Origin: an uncultured virus (IMG/VR IMGVR_UViG_3300028416_000015)
Lineage: Duplodnaviria > Heunggongvirae > Uroviricota > Caudoviricetes > Crassvirales
IMG/VR virus record: IMGVR_UViG_3300028416_000015
DNA length: 64,000 nt
Reading direction: 5' to 3' (one strand)
In this document: one piece after another, positions 40,525 through 49,863 of the stretch
How positions within the stretch are numbered: the stretch's first letter is position 1
Layout of the letters: each line of letters begins with the position of its first letter
Notes under the pieces: generated by a model
Databases searched by the model: none
Told to the model about the DNA's origin: nothing
What the model saw: the letters and a program-made list of their open reading frames with translations, nothing else
Made by a program: the position numbers and the translations under genes

Positions 40525-41005
40525 TTTGAATTGTTTTTAATTGTTCTTTAGTAATCTCTCTTGTTGCTTGTAACTTCTCTAAACTTATTGCACCAGACTT
40601 AATTGACTCTATTGCTTTCGGTAGATCTGCATCTGCGATAGGTGATTTAGTTGGTTGAGCAGCTTTTGGTAATGGTCGTGTTGAGAATCTTAATGCTTTG
40701 TGCATCTCACCAAATGCTTTAACATCTTCAACTCCTAAAACTATCTGTTTGCCTACAAAATCACTCTCATCAAATGAATTAAAAAACTTCTCGAGTCGGC
40801 GATAATTTTGAATATTCATTACCATTGGTAGTTTAAACTCTTTAAGTTTTACAAACCTTTTTTTCTCAGTACCGTTTGTCCCTGTTATTTCTCCATCTAG
40901 AAATCTATCTATAGTTACTACTACAGGTTGGTACTTACCATCCTTCTCAAGTGTGTGAGCCCCGATCGCTTTGTCGGTAGCTGCGAAATTTTTTCTCCAA
41001 TGCAT
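40514..41005 (-). CDS. putative recombination/ssDNA-annealing protein
   Basis: Directly upstream of the exonuclease gene in the exonuclease-SSB cluster. Confidence 0.45.
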   Translation of the reverse strand: MHWRKNFAATDKAIGAHTLEKDGKYQPVVVTIDRFLDGEITGTNGTEKKRFVKLKEFKLPMVMNIQNYRRLEKFFNSFDESDFVGKQIVLGVEDVKAFGEMHKALRFSTRPLPKAAQPTKSPIADADLPKAIESIKSGAISLEKLQATREITKEQLKTIQNEI

Positions 41006-41009
41006 AACT

Positions 41010-41549
41010 TTATTTTATTTTTAAATTTAACTTAAGATTTATTAATGCTTTATAAGCTTCATCTTCTTCAATATAACTTTTTGTAAAAAACTGCTTTCCG
41101 TTTTTCCATATAGAACCTCTCCATCTTATGTTTGAATGTTTTATGTATTTACTTACACCTATATATTTAGAAGTTTTATTTTTTTTATCCAAAGATTTTA
41201 TTGTATTATCTCTCTGCGTTATTATTTGAATATTTTTAATGTTATTATTAAACTTATTTCCATCTATATGATCAATAACCAATCCCAAACTTTTATCGTA
41301 TCTATGATTAAAGAATGCAAGAGCTACCAATCTATGAATAGTAAAAGTTTCTCTTTTTGAATTTACAGATAAAACTGTTGATAAATACCCTCTACCGTTT
41401 ATATGTGGACTCATAAGTTTACCTTTTTTTATAAACTTATATTTACCTTTCATCATAACCAACCTATCCAAACTTCTAACGTTACCTAGATCACTCACCT
41501 GATAAATCCCTTCATACCCAGGGACGTCTTTCCAAATTTCTTCTTGCAT
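41010..41549 (-). CDS. NUMOD4-HNH(-AP2-like) homing endonuclease family protein
   Basis: E.WKDVPGYEG.YQVS.LG.V.S, IHRLVA..F, DHIDG.K.NN, SKY.GV. Confidence 0.85.
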   Translation of the reverse strand: MQEEIWKDVPGYEGIYQVSDLGNVRSLDRLVMMKGKYKFIKKGKLMSPHINGRGYLSTVLSVNSKRETFTIHRLVALAFFNHRYDKSLGLVIDHIDGNKFNNNIKNIQIITQRDNTIKSLDKKNKTSKYIGVSKYIKHSNIRWRGSIWKNGKQFFTKSYIEEDEAYKALINLKLNLKIK

Positions 41550-41696
41550 ATTTTTGCGTTTAAATAATTGCGTTTAAATAAATGAAATGGGGAAACCGTA
41601 AACGCTTCGGCTTTCGATAAGGTAATTACTCCTCGTCTATCCCCATCGCAAATATAATAATTTATTTTAAAAGTCAAGTATTTTTTTAATTTAATT

Positions 41697-41789
41697 AAAA
41701 AACCTGTACTTCAGAGGTGGAAGACTCATCATACAGGCTTTTGTAATGAATTTCTTTAAACGCTTCCACTCGTTTGTTCGTCAAATGTA
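41697..41789 (-). ncRNA. kissing-loop structured RNA, copy C
   Basis: Promoter box, hairpin with loop AGTGGAAG, second hairpin whose loop contains CTTCCAC, then a U tract. Confidence 0.55.
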
Positions 41790-41830
41790 TATTTAATTAT
41801 CTAATAATACAAATTATTTATAAAAAATAT

Positions 41831-41965
41831 TTATACCTCATCATCTTTAAGACCTGTCTTTACAATAACAGTATAATGAACATTATACATCCTGTTCCAT
41901 TTAGCTCTTAAAACTAATGCTTGTCTTAATCTTCTAGTAATCTCTCCTCTTCTAAGTCTATACAT
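41831..41965 (-). CDS. 44-aa hypothetical protein (not in ORF track)
   Basis: MYRLRRGEITRRLRQALVL...DDEV*. Confidence 0.35.
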   Translation of the reverse strand: MYRLRRGEITRRLRQALVLRAKWNRMYNVHYTVIVKTGLKDDEV

Positions 41966-42411
41966 AATTGCTTTGTGTTTTCTTCGTAATCAATAGTTGG
42001 TGTTCTCTTGTCTATTAAATGAATGATTGTTGAGTGCTTACCTATGCCTGAATAACCCAACTCATCAGCTGCATTGTCAAGCGTCTTAATCTCCTTGAAC
42101 TCTCTAATGTTCTTATCCCACCACTGTAACAAGAACTGTCTCTGATCGACAACAAGTGAACGTCTTGTCCTCTTACTTAAATCATACTTCTCTACAGCTA
42201 GTCTAAACAAGTCATCATAATTAATGTCAGACTCATATAAACGTCTTGTAAGCTCTTCTATCTTCTGGTCCATAGTAAGAGACGTTTTTAAATTTATACG
42301 TCTCCATAGGTCTTTTGTTGCTGTGGGGATTTCTTCCCATGCTCTAATGCTTTCTTCTAAATTCATATTTTCTTCTGTGTTTTGGTAAATGACCCTGGAT
42401 TCTTTCTTCAA
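41926..42411 (-). CDS. hypothetical protein, possible DnaA-C-like HTH
   Basis: R.R..V..RQ...A..LG....HSTIIH pattern. Confidence 0.55.
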   Translation of the reverse strand: MKKESRVIYQNTEENMNLEESIRAWEEIPTATKDLWRRINLKTSLTMDQKIEELTRRLYESDINYDDLFRLAVEKYDLSKRTRRSLVVDQRQFLLQWWDKNIREFKEIKTLDNAADELGYSGIGKHSTIIHLIDKRTPTIDYEENTKQLCIDLEEERLLED

Positions 42412-42706
42412 TCTCTTCCTCCATTGCCGACATTCTATTACTACTCTTTCTCATTTTCTGTACTGTCAAAGTAATTAACTCTTGACTGCACCTCATTATA
42501 TGTGCTACGACTACTATCTTTATATTCATATTAACAACCAAGTGGTATATGATATGATGTTTCAACATTGTGTCAATCTTATCTGGGCTATTCATCTCAT
42601 CCCGAAAGACCTCTCTAACTCTATCTCTTAAAGTTATCATGTTCTGATAGTATTCTATCCGCTTCTCTAAGAAGTCTATCCGTAGCCATGGCTTTTTAAT
42701 TATCAT
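42344..42706 (-). CDS. hypothetical protein
   Basis: ORF track. Confidence 0.6.
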   Translation of the reverse strand: MIIKKPWLRIDFLEKRIEYYQNMITLRDRVREVFRDEMNSPDKIDTMLKHHIIYHLVVNMNIKIVVVAHIMRCSQELITLTVQKMRKSSNRMSAMEEEIEERIQGHLPKHRRKYEFRRKH

Positions 42707-42720
42707 AACTTAATTGTTGT

Positions 42721-43029
42721 TTAATAACCCATATTTTGACAATCACCTACTTTTGGTAATTGTTCTTTTGTATAATAGTCTTTTGAATAATTAAACTCTC
42801 TAAATTTTTGCATTTTATTACAATCATTTATTGTTGTTATATGACACCAAAAATAAGAGCTTGTTCCTGATTGAGCATCGCCAATCATATTAAATACTTT
42901 AATGCTTACAATTCTATCACAATTACAATCTTGAGTATTTTCTTGATTACTTTGTTCATTTGGTTTAATTTCTTCTTTATCACAACTAAATAAAGCTGCT
43001 AATCCTAATACTAATAATACTCTTTTCAT
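42721..43029 (-). CDS. lipoprotein
   Basis: MKRVLLVLGLAALFSC lipobox followed by an acidic DKEE segment. Confidence 0.75.
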   Translation of the reverse strand: MKRVLLVLGLAALFSCDKEEIKPNEQSNQENTQDCNCDRIVSIKVFNMIGDAQSGTSSYFWCHITTINDCNKMQKFREFNYSKDYYTKEQLPKVGDCQNMGY

Positions 43030-43037
43030 AATCTTCT

Positions 43038-43397
43038 TTAATCTAATTCAATCTCGTCACTAGCCAAGTCAATCTCTGCATCCATCTCTCTCAAGAATGA
43101 ACTACTGAAAGGTGGTAAGACCTCTTTAAAGTCATACCAATGGCTTATATTATCGTTCTGCTCGTCCTCATAACTCAAATAAGCTGATCTAATAACCAAC
43201 TCTAAGTTCATAAAGTTCTCCTCCTCATCCTGCAGAACCAAATAACCATCCTCAACTCTAGGCTCAATGCTCTCACTCTCATTCATCTCTAACTCCAGAC
43301 AATCACGTCTACCTCTAGCTCCCATCATTATACACATATCTAATGACTTATACACTATACCATCATACATCCAAACTGTTCTCATATCAAACCACAT
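43038..43397 (-). CDS. hypothetical protein
   Basis: ORF track. Confidence 0.6.
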   Translation of the reverse strand: MWFDMRTVWMYDGIVYKSLDMCIMMGARGRRDCLELEMNESESIEPRVEDGYLVLQDEEENFMNLELVIRSAYLSYEDEQNDNISHWYDFKEVLPPFSSSFLREMDAEIDLASDEIELD

Positions 43398-43546
43398 AAA
43401 AAATTAATCCAACATACCAGTGCCGCCATAAGCAACAAATATATAGATATACTCAATAAATAACTACCTTTTTTTAAAATAAATGGCAAACTAAATGCCG
43501 TTAAACCAAATGCTATCATTAGCAAAAAATACATAAATGTTTCCAT
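43382..43546 (-). CDS. 54-aa two-TM membrane protein (not in ORF track)
   Basis: METFMYFLLMIAFGL...CGLI*, hydrophobic. Confidence 0.5.
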   Translation of the reverse strand: METFMYFLLMIAFGLTAFSLPFILKKGSYLLSISIYLLLMAALVCWINFLCGLI

Positions 43547-43944
43547 ACTCCTATTTATTGCACACAGAAAATGTTACACTCCTACGTCTAGAACTCTTCT
43601 GTATGCCTTATTAATACTATAAATCTTAATACTCCTACATATCGCACACACCTCATCACAAACTTTTTTTATTTTTTCTCTCTTTATATATATTTTATTT
43701 TCAAAAAACATTACGAAAAATGTATTCAATATGTAGGAGTCTCAGCTATCCCTTACTACCACTAGCTTTAAACACTCTTGTTACACTGTGTTCTAACAAT
43801 AGGAGTTTCGTTTTTGTTACATTTACCTAACACTTAAAGTGCTGATAATCAATACCTATTTACTCCTATTTGTAGCCTATATTCTCAGCAAAAACTACCC
43901 TAAAATTGACTCCTTACCTAGGAACTGTAACATCGAAAACTAGC
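43547..43944. repeat. iteron-like module, copy 1
   Basis: ACTCCTA x4 and TAGGAGT x2 around an AT-rich core; colinear with 49864-50236. Confidence 0.7.
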
Positions 43945-44207
43945 AGGTCTTCATCACTTTCACTCTCATCCATGTAATATCGACCAGGAGATATGTCAAA
44001 ACTATTAACACAAAAGCTACGCCATCCGTATTTACTTATCGCACTTGTTTTATATAATTTAGCATTGTAGTCAATGGTTGGTATCGATAATTTTATATAT
44101 CCGTCCTCTATTTTAACGATCAAGTATTCGTTCTTAAACATCAAATGTTTAGAGCTTACCACATAATTATTAGCTCTACTATGTTTATTTATATTTATAT
44201 AATTCAT
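43914..44207 (-). CDS. hypothetical protein
   Basis: ORF track. Confidence 0.6.
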   Translation of the reverse strand: MNYININKHSRANNYVVSSKHLMFKNEYLIVKIEDGYIKLSIPTIDYNAKLYKTSAISKYGWRSFCVNSFDISPGRYYMDESESDEDLLVFDVTVPR

Positions 44208-44875
44208 ATTTTATTTAATTTAATTAACGCATCCTGATAATATTTGCTAGCTTCTTCTTCTGAATCAAAACTACCTAGGTGTTTTAATTTACCGTTTATT
44301 CTTATTTGTGATACCCATTTACTTCTCTGTTTACGCCAAAAAACACCTTTATATTTAGAAGAGTATTTATGTTTCTTGATTTTCACTTCAGTACCTTCTT
44401 CTATAGATTTTAATGCATTCTGATAATATTTATTGGCTTCTTCTTCTAAATCAAAATAACCTAAGAATTTTGATTTTCCGTTTATTTCTATTGATGACAT
44501 CCATTTATTGCTATTTTTACTCCAACAAACACCAGTGTACTTTGATGATCCCTTCCTATCTTTACTTGTGTTTTCTCTAACACTTATAAGCTGTAAATTA
44601 GATAATCTATTGTTTAACTTATCATTATCTATATGATCTACTATTATTTTCATTGTGCCATCTGGAGCATGATTCAAGAATGCCATCGCTACCAATTGGT
44701 GTATTTTAACATTTTTTACTTTTTCTTTATCACAAAGATTAAGACATAAATAACCCTTGTTATTTACAGATGGTTTTAAAATTTTTTCTCTGTTAAATTT
44801 AAGGCTCTTAACTCTACCTAGGTCACTCACTTGATAACTGCCTTCGTAACCAGGTACATCTTTAAATATTTCCAT
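44204..44875 (-). CDS. NUMOD4-HNH-AP2x2 endonuclease family protein
   Basis: MEIFKDVPGYEG.YQVS, DHIDNDKLNN, two SKY.GV.W...KW...I.INGK...LG.F..EEEA repeats. Confidence 0.85.
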   Translation of the reverse strand: MEIFKDVPGYEGSYQVSDLGRVKSLKFNREKILKPSVNNKGYLCLNLCDKEKVKNVKIHQLVAMAFLNHAPDGTMKIIVDHIDNDKLNNRLSNLQLISVRENTSKDRKGSSKYTGVCWSKNSNKWMSSIEINGKSKFLGYFDLEEEANKYYQNALKSIEEGTEVKIKKHKYSSKYKGVFWRKQRSKWVSQIRINGKLKHLGSFDSEEEASKYYQDALIKLNKI

Positions 44876-44977
44876 AAACAAAAAGCCCATCAAGTTTTCA
44901 GGGTAGTGCATCCTTACTCACTTAATGGGTCTTCAATAATGTTTTTAATACTGGCACTACTCAGTTATACAAAGATA
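44876..44977 (-). ncRNA. kissing-loop structured leader RNA, copy B
   Basis: Loop AGTAGTGC pairs with GCACTAC in the second hairpin loop. Confidence 0.6.
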
Positions 44978-45005
44978 ACTAAATAATTCATATTATTTTC
45001 AATTT

Positions 45006-45239
45006 CTAATCTATTAGTTCAACTTCGCTCGGGTCATATTCAACACCATCGACCTCTATATATCCACAAGTGTCAAACAATTCTCTTACAGTAATTGCCT
45101 TGCCATCGTACAAATATTCATACAACATACACCCTGCATTGTTAATATCTGTATCATCCATAAAGTACCAATCAAGGAACTGTCTCTTTGTTATCTTTGC
45201 TTTCATAACCTCTGGCTTTTTATAATTCATAACTACCAT
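45006..45239 (-). CDS. hypothetical protein
   Basis: ORF track. Confidence 0.6.
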   Translation of the reverse strand: MVVMNYKKPEVMKAKITKRQFLDWYFMDDTDINNAGCMLYEYLYDGKAITVRELFDTCGYIEVDGVEYDPSEVELID

Positions 45240-45550
45240 GAAACCTCTACTGAATAGCTAGGCGACCACAATATAACACGAAAACCCTTTTCTTCTAAGT
45301 AAGGCTTCATCTCTGTTTCTACTAATGTTTGAATAGTGAACTTGTTATTGAATAATTCTCGCATTAATTCATAATTATTGTTTCTTGATAAGTTATCTGT
45401 TAATCTTATTTTATTCTTTTTAAGCTTTTTAGCATAACTTTTAAATTCTGGTAGCAGTACCTCATTAAATACTCTGTCTAGCTTTTTAATATCTATATCT
45501 TTACTCACTGTACTACTTAATTCTTGTAACTCTTGTATAATATCTTTCAT
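45233..45550 (-). CDS. hypothetical protein
   Basis: ORF track. Confidence 0.65.
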   Translation of the reverse strand: MKDIIQELQELSSTVSKDIDIKKLDRVFNEVLLPEFKSYAKKLKKNKIRLTDNLSRNNNYELMRELFNNKFTIQTLVETEMKPYLEEKGFRVILWSPSYSVEVSW

Positions 45551-45585
45551 AACCTTTAATCTATTAATTCATAACCTTATTTATT

Positions 45586-46323
45586 TTACATTTCAAATTC
45601 AATCCACTTACCTCTATTTTCATAGTAGAAAGCTTTCTCTACAATTTCCTTGCTTACACCACTGTTTTCAGCAATTCCATCAATATCCTCTCCATAGAAT
45701 CCACCACAACCATCGTAATGATCCCACTCAATTTCATCCTCTACACCCTCAAACCTACTTGCATTAAAATCCTCTCTAGTAAGCTTCACTATTTCAGTTG
45801 CCTCCTCTACCTCAAATCTATAAACATCCCCCCATGCCCAGGCATCAAATAGTTTTCGAGAACCTTCTAGTATCTCTTCATACCTATTTCTATCACAACC
45901 AGTTCTTTCATAAAAATCATCTGTTAAGACTAATAACACCTCAGCCCAATCCCTTTGACTGTAACCTATTGATTCGTGATGAGAGTGATGTATGTTAAAC
46001 AGTTCACATAAATCTACTAACTGCTCTATACTTAAACTATCATCAATCTCCCACCTAATCTCGTCAGCCTTCTCATCTTTAGTAAGCTCACGTTCACATA
46101 AGTAGTCATGATCAATCTCTAAAATGTCACATAAAGTCACTTGATGCTTTATGATTTGTCCATTTGTAGGAAAATCTTTTATAAACTTAACTATCCTACC
46201 ATTACTACAATCATTTACGTCATTTCTTTCGTATCTGTAAATTAGCTCAGGTTCACAGTCCCAAGCTTCAAATGGATTCTCTGACCAATCATCTCTCTCT
46301 ATTTTAATTCTATATTTATTCAT
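45586..46323 (-). CDS. acidic hypothetical early protein
   Basis: ORF track; GYSQ.DW and W.WGDVY motifs. Confidence 0.7.
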   Translation of the reverse strand: MNKYRIKIERDDWSENPFEAWDCEPELIYRYERNDVNDCSNGRIVKFIKDFPTNGQIIKHQVTLCDILEIDHDYLCERELTKDEKADEIRWEIDDSLSIEQLVDLCELFNIHHSHHESIGYSQRDWAEVLLVLTDDFYERTGCDRNRYEEILEGSRKLFDAWAWGDVYRFEVEEATEIVKLTREDFNASRFEGVEDEIEWDHYDGCGGFYGEDIDGIAENSGVSKEIVEKAFYYENRGKWIEFEM

Positions 46324-47135
46324 AACTTCATCCCTATTTCGTTAACACTATCTCTATTTATTTTGTGGCATCCTATTGTTAATGTACCATTCAAACTAGT
46401 TACTGTGTACCCATCTATCCTATGACCTACAATATCTATATTATTCTCGATAGCTTGATACAATTTCTTAGCTTCTAGCCTGTCTACACTTACACCTTGA
46501 GATGTTTCTACCTTAGTTTTATCTTTACTTAGTCTTAAATAATCTTCATTACCTACTCTGAAAGACCTTATCTCATGGTTCATAAACTTTGGAAGTACCT
46601 CAGCTAGTTTCTTTTTAGCTAATTGCTTTTTTCGTTCGTCTTGTTTTTTAGCCTCAGCTTTGATTAAGTCTAAGTACTCTGGCTTGTTTAACGCCTTATA
46701 TATCTTCCTTATCTCTTTATACTCCTCGCTAAGACCTTTAATCTTAGAATAAGTCCTCCACTCCATGTATTTCTCGTAAAGGCTTGTAATATTATTTATA
46801 TAAGTAATAGGTTTCCTTGCACGTGCTAATTTACCTTTTAATTCAAGGATCCTATCACGTACTAGGTGTATATCTGTTTCAGTCTTGTAAAATTGCTTGT
46901 ACTGTCTTGTTGCTCCAATGGTTATACCTATATGCTTGTTTGTAGTTGAACTATACCCTTTATCATTGATAATGATTGCCTTACCGCTATCAATAAACTC
47001 AGCTAAAAGATAATGTTTTCCATAACTGTATAACATATCTCCTTCAAAGAATACATTACTACATCTTCCTTCTTCCTGACTTCTTTGTGCAAAAACGTGA
47101 ATTGTATCACTTGCACTACTAAATACTTTTTTCAT
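46320..47135 (-). CDS. hypothetical early protein
   Basis: YSYG.H..., YS.TT.KH and IGCH.I motifs. Confidence 0.7.
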   Translation of the reverse strand: MKKVFSSASDTIHVFAQRSQEEGRCSNVFFEGDMLYSYGKHYLLAEFIDSGKAIIINDKGYSSTTNKHIGITIGATRQYKQFYKTETDIHLVRDRILELKGKLARARKPITYINNITSLYEKYMEWRTYSKIKGLSEEYKEIRKIYKALNKPEYLDLIKAEAKKQDERKKQLAKKKLAEVLPKFMNHEIRSFRVGNEDYLRLSKDKTKVETSQGVSVDRLEAKKLYQAIENNIDIVGHRIDGYTVTSLNGTLTIGCHKINRDSVNEIGMKL

Positions 47136-47143
47136 AACTCTAT

Positions 47144-47500
47144 TTATTTTAATTTGTTTCTTAATTCTCTCATTTCACTAGTATGACACTGACCAGCACA
47201 ATAGCTGATTCTAGCATCACTTTTTTTATACTTACTTACAAAGAACCTATCTAAAGCCCAATGCTGAGGACTCTCAAATTTCAACGTGATTCTGACATCT
47301 CTCTTTGTTCTCTCGTGTCCACCTATTTGGTCAACTAGATCATCTATTAAACTATCCCTAAATTCGTCAGTCAGTTTTACTTTTGACCAGCCAGACGTTT
47401 TTAAATACATTCTACCATTCAATAACTGTTGTGCTGATATTTGTCCACCTGCTACCTTCCATGCCTTGTTAAGGCTATCTATTTTTGTTAATCTTCCCAT
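47144..47500 (-). CDS. hypothetical protein
   Basis: ORF track. Confidence 0.65.
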   Translation of the reverse strand: MGRLTKIDSLNKAWKVAGGQISAQQLLNGRMYLKTSGWSKVKLTDEFRDSLIDDLVDQIGGHERTKRDVRITLKFESPQHWALDRFFVSKYKKSDARISYCAGQCHTSEMRELRNKLK

Positions 47501-47506
47501 TGCTAT

Positions 47507-47788
47507 TTATTTTTTAAAACGTCTTATAGATATACCATAACATCTATTTTTATTTACCTGTAATTCTGGGTAACCATGTTCATCTTCAATACAAGTCAAT
47601 AAGTCAGGCTCTATTTTAGACATGATATGATATATTTGATAGTCAATCATGTTTTCAGTTGTTTCAAACGTGTGCTCTATAACTCCACCATCGTTAAGTA
47701 GTATATATATAATTACTACATTTTCTAGTATTTTATTCATAACTCTATTTATTTTTTGTCGTTTAAATTCTTGATATGTTTTATCCAT
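47507..47788 (-). CDS. hypothetical protein
   Basis: ORF track. Confidence 0.55.
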   Translation of the reverse strand: MDKTYQEFKRQKINRVMNKILENVVIIYILLNDGGVIEHTFETTENMIDYQIYHIMSKIEPDLLTCIEDEHGYPELQVNKNRCYGISIRRFKK

Positions 47789-48031
47789 TCATTGAATGAA
47801 TAGATCGGATTTTTTGGTAATGTTGTTTTCATATTTCTTTGTTTTTAAGGTTAACATTTCATCGTATGTGAATACACCTGTTTCTAAGTATTGATATACC
47901 TCAGGCTTATATGCATATTCAATTATTGTATCATCATCACATTGGATATTGTACATCTGCCTTCCATCGTTTACATCTCCTAGTACTATCTTACCTATGA
48001 AGATAAGATATATAAATTTTAGTGTTATCAT
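47789..48031 (-). CDS. hypothetical protein
   Basis: ORF track. Confidence 0.55.
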   Translation of the reverse strand: MITLKFIYLIFIGKIVLGDVNDGRQMYNIQCDDDTIIEYAYKPEVYQYLETGVFTYDEMLTLKTKKYENNITKKSDLFIQ

Positions 48032-48032
48032 T

Positions 48033-48254
48033 TTAATGTGTCTTTTTTAATTCGTCATACTTATCTTGATACAATTCAACCTCTCTCTCGAAATTAAAGT
48101 TGTGTATATCTACTAAACATAAATTATCTAATCTATGTTTGTTTGCTTTGTAGTATTCTAAACGGTCATTTTTACCGTGTTTATTACCTACTATCTTATT
48201 GATCCTTTCTACTATCTTATTATATAGATAGTCTTGTTTACTTATTGTATTCAT
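48033..48254 (-). CDS. hypothetical protein
   Basis: ORF track. Confidence 0.6.
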   Translation of the reverse strand: MNTISKQDYLYNKIVERINKIVGNKHGKNDRLEYYKANKHRLDNLCLVDIHNFNFEREVELYQDKYDELKKTH

Positions 48255-48256
48255 AA

Positions 48257-48598
48257 CTATTTATTTAAATAATTCACTTGAATGGTTTCTTTGTTCTTAT
48301 GGATATGCATTAATATCTTATAACTCGAATACTCTCCTTTTTTATTTGGTTCTATATTCGCTTTAAAATATTCATACAGGTCCTTTCTTTTACTTTGTCT
48401 TATTACCTCTTCTATTATAGGACAAACCTCAAACTTTTGTTCGTCCTTAAACTTTACAATATTGTCTAATTGCTTTCTTAATGTATATAAATTCGCTTTG
48501 TACATTTGGTTAAAAAGTTGTACTTCTTTGTATTCGCTAATGAATGGTAAATCCATACCTTTAATGTAGTCACCGATTTTTTTAATTACTTTTTTCAT
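48257..48598 (-). CDS. hypothetical protein (first gene of the leftward arm)
   Basis: ORF track; A-rich leader. Confidence 0.65.
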   Translation of the reverse strand: MKKVIKKIGDYIKGMDLPFISEYKEVQLFNQMYKANLYTLRKQLDNIVKFKDEQKFEVCPIIEEVIRQSKRKDLYEYFKANIEPNKKGEYSSYKILMHIHKNKETIQVNYLNK

Positions 48599-49058
48599 AA
48601 CTTTTATTTTTATTTATTTATTAATTTAATTATTTGTACCTATACAACAAACCAATGTTATATAGGTATATATAATAAGCCACGTGAAACTGCTTACACT
48701 CTATTAATCCCTTATCTTTTTGGATAGGTTTTGACTATATACCAACTGAGAATTGTATTTATAGCCCTACAACTTGGACGGTATTTTATGCCCCGTTTTT
48801 TGCAGCCAGGGCAAAACTAAATTAATAGTTAAGAGTTTACCCCTGTTAATTATACTTTTATATTTCAATGAACGACTTACGCAATTAAATGCAGCCTTAA
48901 ATACTCAATTCTAGTCTGACAAATAGTCTGAACAGTCTTATTCCATTACGTTTGCCCTCGCATCCGTTAACTTGTTACTGTTATTTATTTGCCGTTAAAA
49001 ATCTTTAGATTCTTTTTTCAAGGATTAAACAACTCGTTTGTTGTTCGTTTTGTTGTTA

Positions 49059-49302
49059 CAAAGATATGTATTAAGTTTTGATTGTGCAAGCTTTTTTTAA
49101 TATTTATTTTCTTAGTGTGCCTATTTTGCCATTTCTTCAAATGTTGTCTATTCATAAGAGACTATTAAAGTAAGATAATTAAATTTATTAACTACCTATA
49201 TTAATATGCCTTTTAAATACTAAACTTGTCAATTTTAAACTTCGCTACCGTTGTAACTACATTACAAAGATAGTAAACAAATGTTAATAAACAAGCTTTT
49301 TA
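49059..49302 (-). promoter_or_regulatory. tandem leftward early promoters
   Basis: TATCTTTG boxes at 49059-49066 and 49265-49272, each preceded by AAAAAGCTTG. Confidence 0.6.
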
Positions 49303-49863
49303 TAAAAAATTATTAGTCCGATTTTTTGACAAAATTTAACAATCGCTTGATAGTTAGATGTTTAAATCGCTCTGAAGGGCAAAAATAAATTTTTTAAAGT
49401 GGGGAGAGGGAGGGAGGGGTGTCATAATGTCAGTACTAAATGTATCTAACCAACAAAAAAAGTTGGCAACATGACAGAATGACAGACTGACAGGCGTTTG
49501 GCTTGTAAATAAATAGGCAATTAAATAGATAGGTAGACAATAAGCAACAGAACGACCGATCGACAAACAGAACGACCGAAAAAGAAACCTACCTATCTAA
49601 ATAAAGCCAAAACAAAAAGCCAAAAACGTGGAGCGAAAAAACAAAACTCAAGCACCCCCATACGAAAATAAGATCGGTTTCCCTTTTCAAAAGTTTTTGT
49701 AAAATGCTACTATTACCCAAACCCTCCGAATTTCTGACAATTACACCAAATGTTACAGTTAAAAGCTCTACAGCCCACGTCAGCTGTACAATCGGGCGAA
49801 AACGGCTGTTTCTAGACCAATAGCAAAGTGGGTTCTATCCCTTGCTATGACTGAATATCCGAA

